A stretch of 22,967 bases of DNA, from assembly GCA_039588275.1 (NCBI GenBank), contig JBDHAC010000059.1, positions 1 to 22,967 of the forward strand, in the 5' to 3' direction. Under the pieces are notes generated by a model. It did no database searches. It saw nothing but the letters and a program-made list of their open reading frames with translations, and was not told where the DNA came from. The stretch comes from Gemmatimonadota bacterium. Lineage in GTDB: Bacteria > Gemmatimonadota > Gemmatimonadetes > Palauibacterales > Palauibacteraceae. Shown here in pieces: positions 17,579 to 22,967 of the stretch; within the stretch, counting starts at the first letter, position 1; each line of letters opens with the position of its first letter. A program made the translations under genes and the position numbers.

Positions 17579-19840
17579 ATGAGACGCCCTGCCCTCGTCG
17601 CAGGCGTACGGATCGCGGGACTCCTGGTGGCCATCCCGCTCATACCGCTCATCCCGCTCATGCCGCACCCCGCTTCACTCCGGGCCCAATCCCCCGAGGC
17701 CAAGATCCCTCACCGCGTGCCCAGAGTGACTTCCGACGTGCAGGTGGACGCCATGCTGGACGAGGACGTGTGGCAGCAGGCTTTGACCTTGACCCTCGAC
17801 TACGAGGTACGGCCGGGTGAGAACATCCCGGCTCCGGTACGCACGGAAGTGCTGTTCGCCCACAGTGACGGTTACCTCTACTCGGCCATCCGCGCCTACG
17901 ATCCGGAGCCCTCCGCCATCCGAGCGAACGTGACCGACCGGGATGCGATGTACGGTGATGACTGGGTGGCCTTGATCCTCGACACGTTCAACGACGAGCG
18001 GCGCACGTTCGACTTCTTGTGTAACCCGCTAGGCGTGCAGGGCGACTTCATCGAGACTCCCTCGGGCGAGAGCGAGTGGGACGCCATCTGGGATTGCGAC
18101 GGCCGCATTACCGAAGAGGGATACATGGTCGAAATGGCCATCCCGTTCAGCTCGATGCGGTTCCAGCAGACCGAAGGGGACCAGATCTGGGGGGTTGACG
18201 TGGTGCGGAGCTACCCACGCGCGGTGCGGCACCACATCGGCATGTTTCCGCGCGACCGCAACAACAACTGCTACATGTGCCAGTCGGAGAAGCTGATCGG
18301 GTTCGCCGGTGCCAGCCCGGGCCGAAACATCGAGCTCGATCCGACGGTGTACGGCGTCTACACCCAGGAACGGGACGAATTCCCCGCTGGCCCGTTCGAG
18401 GAGCGCGACAAGGACTTCGAGCCCGGAATCACCGCACGATGGGGTGTCACGCCGGCGCTCACCTTGAATGCCACCGTCAACCCCGACTTCTCCAACGTGG
18501 AAGCCGATGTCGCGCAACTGGACATCAACACGCAGTTCGCGCTGTTCTACCCCGAGCGACGGCCCTTCTTCCTGGAGGGCGCGAGCTTCTTCAACACCCG
18601 CTTCAATGCGGTGCACACGCGCCAGTTGGCCGACCCCATCTGGGGCACCAAGCTCAGCGGGAAAGAGGGACCCCACGCCATCGGCTTCTTCACCGTGCAC
18701 GATGACCTCACCAACCTCGTCTTCCCCGGCAGCCAGGGCTCGGAGGTGACTTCGCTGTCGCAACGCAACGTCGGCTCGGTCGTGCGCTACCGCCGAGATT
18801 TGGGTCGAGCCTCGAACGTCGGCGCCCTGATCACTGACCGCGAGGGCGATGGCTACTTCAATCGCCTCGCCGGCGTGGACGGGGTCTGGCGCATGTCGTT
18901 ACGCGATGACGTGAGGTTTCAGGTGCTGGGCTCGCACACCCAATACCCCACTGCTGTGGTGGACGACTTCGATCAACCGAGCGGCGATTTCGTCGGGGGC
19001 GCGTACGATTTGTTCTACCTGCACGACACCCGTAGCCACGACTGGTACGCCGCATACCGCCAGGTGGACCGGGACTTCCGCAGCGACCTGGGGTTCATGC
19101 CCCAGGGTGGGTACCGGGCGGGCGCGATCGGGTGGGGCCATACGTGGAACAACGAGCCCGACAACTGGTGGAACATGCTGAACTTCGGATCGGGTCTCGA
19201 GGGACAATGGGATCTCGATGGCACGAACCTGAACAGATCGTACGAGTTCTGGTTCAACTACGCCGGCCTGGCACAGACGTTCTTCAACCTCGAAGGGAAC
19301 TACGGCAAGGAGACGTTCGAGGGAGTCGAGTTCGACGACCGCTACATCAACTTCGACCTCGGCATCCGGCCAACGGGATGGTTGTACTTCTCGCTCGACG
19401 GGACGTACGGCGATCGGATCGACTACGACAACGCTCGGCCGGGCACGCGCGTGCGATTCGATCCGTACGTCGAACTGAAACCGGGACGCCACCTCACGCT
19501 CGGACTGAGCCACGCGTTCGAGCGGCTCACGGTGGATGAGGGGCGACTGTACACCGCCAACATCAGCCAACTCCGAGCCGTGTACTGTTTCAGCCGGCGG
19601 GTGTTCTTCCGCACGATCCTGCAATACGTGCACTACGACCGACAAGCCGATCTCTACACCGACAGCGTGGACCCGGTCTCGAAGAGCTTGTTCAGCCAGC
19701 TGTTGTTCACCTACAAGGTCAACCCGCAGACAGTCATCTACCTGGGCTACTCCGACAACCACTTCGGTGACCAGGACACCAGCCTCACCCAGTCCGATCG
19801 GACTTTCTTTGTGAAGTTCGGATACGCGTGGGTGCTCTGA
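17579..19840 (+). CDS. CBM9-like/DUF5916 protein, predicted outer-membrane beta-barrel (753 aa)
   Basis: Signal peptide ending LRA-Q. N-terminal VDAMLDE..W, LDTFND.R, NPLGVQ.D and EMAIPFSSMRF. Then TVNPDFS.VEAD, FYPERRPFFLEG and C-terminal beta-signal FFVKFGYAW. Start at 17579 preferred to TTG 17519. Confidence 0.88.
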   Translation: MRRPALVAGVRIAGLLVAIPLIPLIPLMPHPASLRAQSPEAKIPHRVPRVTSDVQVDAMLDEDVWQQALTLTLDYEVRPGENIPAPVRTEVLFAHSDGYLYSAIRAYDPEPSAIRANVTDRDAMYGDDWVALILDTFNDERRTFDFLCNPLGVQGDFIETPSGESEWDAIWDCDGRITEEGYMVEMAIPFSSMRFQQTEGDQIWGVDVVRSYPRAVRHHIGMFPRDRNNNCYMCQSEKLIGFAGASPGRNIELDPTVYGVYTQERDEFPAGPFEERDKDFEPGITARWGVTPALTLNATVNPDFSNVEADVAQLDINTQFALFYPERRPFFLEGASFFNTRFNAVHTRQLADPIWGTKLSGKEGPHAIGFFTVHDDLTNLVFPGSQGSEVTSLSQRNVGSVVRYRRDLGRASNVGALITDREGDGYFNRLAGVDGVWRMSLRDDVRFQVLGSHTQYPTAVVDDFDQPSGDFVGGAYDLFYLHDTRSHDWYAAYRQVDRDFRSDLGFMPQGGYRAGAIGWGHTWNNEPDNWWNMLNFGSGLEGQWDLDGTNLNRSYEFWFNYAGLAQTFFNLEGNYGKETFEGVEFDDRYINFDLGIRPTGWLYFSLDGTYGDRIDYDNARPGTRVRFDPYVELKPGRHLTLGLSHAFERLTVDEGRLYTANISQLRAVYCFSRRVFFRTILQYVHYDRQADLYTDSVDPVSKSLFSQLLFTYKVNPQTVIYLGYSDNHFGDQDTSLTQSDRTFFVKFGYAWVL

Positions 19841-19901
19841 GCCCCACCGCCGGGTGGACCCCATGAAGACCCTGGCGCCTGAGTGAAGCGCGGGGAGCGA
19901 A

Positions 19902-20447
19902 TCAAGGACCTGGATTCGGTGGTTCTCGACGGCTCTCCTCCCGCGAGGTTTCAATGATCTCGCAGCTCAGGAGCTCGTCGCCGTCGAACAGCGCGCGCGC
20001 TTCGAAGTGCCGACCGGCGAGCAACAACGGCAGCCAGTGTCGGTCGTCCTCCCACATCCGGTCGTAGGGGACCGCGTCGACCGGCACCCAATGGGGAAGG
20101 GCCTCATCCGTTTCCCGAGGCTCGCCGTCGAGCGCTTCAGCCAGGAACACGTGGATACGGATCGCGGTACCGTCGGTGACGTGAAACGCGACCTCGCCGC
20201 CCTTGCGGGGATCGAGCGGACGGGCGATTAACTCCTCCTCGAACTCGCGCACCGCCGCGTCCAGCGGGGTCTCGCCCGAATCGACTTTGCCGCCGGCCCC
20301 ATTGAGCTTTCCCGCGCCGAGCCCACGTTTTTTGTGGATGAGGAGCAGCCGGTCACCCAGCCGTACGAACAGGAGCGTCGCCTCGATGTCGGGGCTCCAG
20401 GCCTCCCAGTCGATGCTCGGCGCAGGGGGTGTCGACTCTGGTGTCAC
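19902..20447 (-). CDS. Nudix hydrolase, 8-oxo-dGTP diphosphatase (MTH1/MutT-like)
   Basis: LLIHKKRGLGAGKLNG.GGKV..GETP..AAVREFEEE Nudix box and MW.DD..WLPLLL.G, typical of the MTH1-like group. Confidence 0.9.
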   Translation of the reverse strand: MTPESTPPAPSIDWEAWSPDIEATLLFVRLGDRLLLIHKKRGLGAGKLNGAGGKVDSGETPLDAAVREFEEELIARPLDPRKGGEVAFHVTDGTAIRIHVFLAEALDGEPRETDEALPHWVPVDAVPYDRMWEDDRHWLPLLLAGRHFEARALFDGDELLSCEIIETSREESRREPPNPGP

Positions 20448-20731
20448 GATCCGTTCTCGGCGTGCCTCGGTCTCGGTCGTTCGTTCCTGTGTGAGTCCGG
20501 CCCGCGACGAGCCGCATCGCTTCGGGGGGACGCGAGAATCTACGATCCTCCCGCGTATCGTGCGGAGGCGCGATGACTCCAGGTCGGCGACCGCCGTGGG
20601 TCAGCGTCGTCCTTGCGAAACTGAAGCGGCTTCTGAGAGCAACCCCCGGTATCGGCCCAAGAGGGGTGAAAGCCGACGGTGACTGAAAGTGCTGGATGTG
20701 ATGGTGGTGCAAGCGGATACAGGGAGGGGAA

Positions 20732-20818
20732 TGGGCCCGGGTGGATTTAGGGCGAAGCCGAGCGAGCACCGCACGCCGGCGAGCGCATCTTTCACCAGCG
20801 ACCTCACGCTTATCAGGC
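20732..20818 (-). pseudogene. 3' fragment of tRNA-Ile(GAT) with a 45-nt insertion in the T-loop; probable att site
   Basis: Minus strand reads GC-CTGATAA-GCGTG-AGGTC-GCTGG-T [45 nt, 20793-20749] AAAT-CCACC-CGGGCCC-A. This matches the anticodon loop, variable loop, T arm and acceptor 3' strand of bacterial tRNA-Ile. No D arm, 5' acceptor strand or CCA. Confidence 0.85.
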
Positions 20819-20920
20819 CGCACCGAATGAGCCAGGAATCCGCCAAGATGCCATAGTCTCAGCGACACTTCGCACGATCTGCCCGGATTCCTCGGCATCG
20901 ATGTCGGACTCTGCCGTGAT

Positions 20921-20942
20921 TAACCGACGGTGTAACCGACGG
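20921..20942 (+). repeat. Direct repeat TAACCGACGG x2 (12-nt period); candidate integrase arm-type sites
   Basis: Exact copies at 20921-20930 and 20933-20942. Confidence 0.65.
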
Positions 20943-20997
20943 AATTGACTTCGCCCCACCACTGGAGATGCTGGAAACGTTCTTCCCCTGGTCGCAG

Positions 20998-21759
20998 TCA
21001 GCAGGCCTCCTGCACGACTGGAAGGAACTCCTGTAGACCCCGGACGGTGAAGACCATCGCCGATGATTCTCCGTTGATCTTTATGGTGGAGAAGAACAGC
21101 GTGTCCTTCTGGGCCATGTACTCGGCGAAGGACATGTCCTCTCCCGGGTATATGACGACGGCGGGGCCCCGTTGGCCGACGTTCCAAACATGCGTCACCG
21201 TCTGTTCACCATTGAAGCGGTACTCGACCCGACCCGAGCCGTCGGTTGCGAACGGGAAGGCCACGAACAGGTCGAGGACCGCTGGCCCCGTGAAGCACTC
21301 CATCAGGACCTGGGGGAGGCCGGCGGCCCCACCGCTCTCGGCGCCGAAGTTCGCCTTCTGTCGAAGCCGCACGATGCCCGGTGATGTTTCCAGCCACCAA
21401 CCCCAGATGTCGAGCTTGACGGAGGCACTGATTCCATCGATGGTGGCGGTGATCTTGACCGTCCCGTCACCGCGAGTGAGCACGCGGACCCAGCCCGCAC
21501 TGGAAACGGTCGCGATGTCCGTGTCTTCGCTGCTCCAGGTTGCGGTACGACCCGTCACAGCTCTGCCTGCTGCATCCCTTGCCGTGGCCACCAGTCGGAT
21601 CGAATCCCCCGGATGCAGGCTCAAATCGATGGGCACGCTACCGATCCGAACTGAGGCGACGGCGTCCGGTGTCCCTCCCGGTCCGGCCGCGTCCGAGCTT
21701 CCACAGCCCAGTGCCAGGAGTGCCAAGAACAGTGCCAGCGCGCGTGTCCGATAAGACAT
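20998..21759 (-). CDS. Lipoprotein with a bacterial Ig-like (Big_2) domain and a VasI/TagO-like C-terminal domain
   Basis: AGGAGGT RBS and signal ending ALG-C. Big_2 pattern L.ATARDA.G......TWSS.D..IATVS..G.V......G.V.ITAT..G.S. C-terminus FTVRGLQEFLPVVQEAC. Confidence 0.82.
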   Translation of the reverse strand: MSYRTRALALFLALLALGCGSSDAAGPGGTPDAVASVRIGSVPIDLSLHPGDSIRLVATARDAAGRAVTGRTATWSSEDTDIATVSSAGWVRVLTRGDGTVKITATIDGISASVKLDIWGWWLETSPGIVRLRQKANFGAESGGAAGLPQVLMECFTGPAVLDLFVAFPFATDGSGRVEYRFNGEQTVTHVWNVGQRGPAVVIYPGEDMSFAEYMAQKDTLFFSTIKINGESSAMVFTVRGLQEFLPVVQEAC

Positions 21760-21838
21760 GGTGACCTCCTCGTGCCGTTTCGCCGTGCCGGAGGGGGGCG
21801 TTACTGCGGCATGGCCTGCGACGACGCCTGACGGCCCG

Positions 21839-21870
21839 CCTCCCGTCGGCCCTCGAGGGCCGACGGGAGG
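21839..21870. terminator. Perfect 32-bp palindrome; probable terminator or mRNA-stabilising hairpin after the upstream lipoprotein gene
   Basis: CCTCCCGTCGGCCCTC|GAGGGCCGACGGGAGG, 28 nt past the 21899 stop. No U-tract on either strand. Confidence 0.55.
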
Positions 21871-21898
21871 GGCTGCCGAGTTCGGCGTTCTTACCGTG

Positions 21899-22711
21899 CT
21901 ACTTCTCTTCGATGATCAGGTGAAACGGTAGGTGGTAGTAATGCCGCGTTTCACTTTCCTTACCCTTACCCTTGCCCCCACCGCTTCCATGTTCATGCCC
22001 CCGGCATACTGCCACGTCTTCGCCCGGCAGCGTCTTCACCTCCCAAACCCGCTTCGGTGAGTCCTGTATCAACGTGACCCACACGCTGTGTACGTCGATG
22101 GCCGGAGTAGACTCCTCATCGTCAAACCGAAGTCCGTGCGGACAGAAGGGAGGGTTGAACTGAGTGGTCGACTTGATGGCCACACCCACGTCAGGATCGC
22201 GGAGGCAGGTCCCGTCCGGGTTCCGCAACAGACAGCCGACCTCGTTCACGTTCATGAACGTGCCGTAGCTCTCCACGGCGCAGCGCTCGGGCTGATCAGA
22301 GCAACTGAAACCCACGGGGGCGTTGAACTCCATCGTGATCGAGCGGCGAACGCAGCCAGCCCGTTCATCTTTCTTGCTCCAACGGCTGTCCGGATCGAAG
22401 AGCGCGTCGTCCGTGTTCCCCGTGTTGATCCGTGCGGACACACCGCACACTTCGTGGGTGTACATGGTCGGGTCGCCCGGGACCGGCGCTTGCGGCCCTG
22501 GTCCCTCGTTCGAGATCCCGTCCCCGTAGATCTTGTCGGTACCCTTTGCCGCGTAGATGACCTTGATGGGCGTGCCGCTTGGAGGCCGGGCGAACTGCGG
22601 GACTGGGGTGCCGAGATCGGACGCCGTGGGCCCATCGCTGCACCCGGCGGCCGCCAAAGCGATCGTCGACGCCCACGCCGTGGTGAGTGCTCGCTTCATG
22701 ACTTGCCGCAT
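21899..22711 (-). CDS. Cys-rich hypothetical lipoprotein (270 aa)
   Basis: AGGAGGAGG RBS before ATG 22711. Signal ends AAAG-C-SDGPT. Eight further Cys. No family recognised. Confidence 0.75.
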   Translation of the reverse strand: MRQVMKRALTTAWASTIALAAAGCSDGPTASDLGTPVPQFARPPSGTPIKVIYAAKGTDKIYGDGISNEGPGPQAPVPGDPTMYTHEVCGVSARINTGNTDDALFDPDSRWSKKDERAGCVRRSITMEFNAPVGFSCSDQPERCAVESYGTFMNVNEVGCLLRNPDGTCLRDPDVGVAIKSTTQFNPPFCPHGLRFDDEESTPAIDVHSVWVTLIQDSPKRVWEVKTLPGEDVAVCRGHEHGSGGGKGKGKESETRHYYHLPFHLIIEEK

Positions 22712-22967
22712 GTTCAACCTCCTCCTGCAACACGTTGGCCGCCGGAACGCCCAGCGGCCCGCGGTTCCGGCAGCAAGTCTCCAAAAGCCGCTGTCATCCA
22801 TGAAGTCGGAGAAGGTGCCGGAGTGTGACGCCGCGGGATCAACAAACCCGGGGGGGGCGGCCCCACCGGATCTGCGGTCCGAAGCGGGACCGCGTGATCT
22901 CAGGCGGTGGTCAGCTTCGGGACGACCAGGAGGAGAGGGCTAAGGCCGTCACTGCGTCCGCCATATC

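Larger units (their letters stand above)
20732..22967. mobile_element. End of a putative tRNA-Ile-integrated genomic island extending beyond the window
   Basis: The tRNA 3' fragment starts at the anticodon loop, a 10-bp direct repeat lies about 100 nt inside, and accessory lipoprotein genes follow. No integrase in the window, so this is inferred. Confidence 0.55.

Noticed and set aside
2434..19954. Many long overlapping ORFs, e.g. 2434-3684, 10031-11140, 11150-12148, 11475-12686, 13113-14552, 18899-19954
   Set aside because: Shadow or antisense frames of well-supported genes, expected in high-GC DNA. They are Arg/Gly/Pro-rich with no motifs.
20540..20700. Possible riboswitch or tRNA-Ala upstream of the Nudix gene (stem-loops such as TCGGC...GCCGA)
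   Set aside because: No cloverleaf and no riboswitch consensus I can match. An Rfam scan would be needed.
20732..20818. Functional intron-containing tRNA-Ile
   Set aside because: The 5' half is missing, the T-loop TC is lost, and 45 nt is far too short for a group I or II intron.
22726..22741. Minus-strand GG-N10-GC (CGGCCAACGTGTTGCA) as a sigma54 promoter
   Set aside because: The implied start site would fall downstream of the gene's strong AGGAGGAGG RBS, and the -24 box is poor.

Overview
High-GC bacterial window. The gene mix (ADOP-type duplicated permease, S9 peptidase, DUF5916/CBM9 outer-membrane protein, TolB-like TPR protein, several lipoproteins) suggests Gemmatimonadota or Acidobacteriota; that is an inference. 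Positions 1-20450 are mostly envelope, transport and hydrolase genes. In order: the end of an SGNH hydrolase, a GCTPGYWK-domain lipoprotein, a MacB/FtsX duplicated permease, a hypothetical secreted protein, an ABC-2 exporter, a class C beta-lactamase-like hydrolase, an SLC13/TrkA-C permease, a Tat-lipoprotein FAD oxidase, an S9 peptidase, a TPR protein, a DUF5916 protein and a Nudix hydrolase. The most notable non-coding feature is a minus-strand 3' fragment of tRNA-Ile(GAT) at 20732-20818. It begins at the anticodon loop, has a 45-nt insertion in its T-loop and lies next to a TAACCGACGG direct repeat. This looks like the attachment-site end of a tRNA-targeted integrative element whose first cargo genes are two lipoproteins, one apparently a Big_2 plus VasI/TagO-like fusion. 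Also seen: two candidate sigma54 promoters, a structured leader over the permease RBS, a start-less 61-codon frame continuing past the oxidase UGA, and a C14 tract before the outer-membrane protein gene. No integrase, CRISPR array, rRNA or intact tRNA is visible. All family calls are by motif recognition, not database search.
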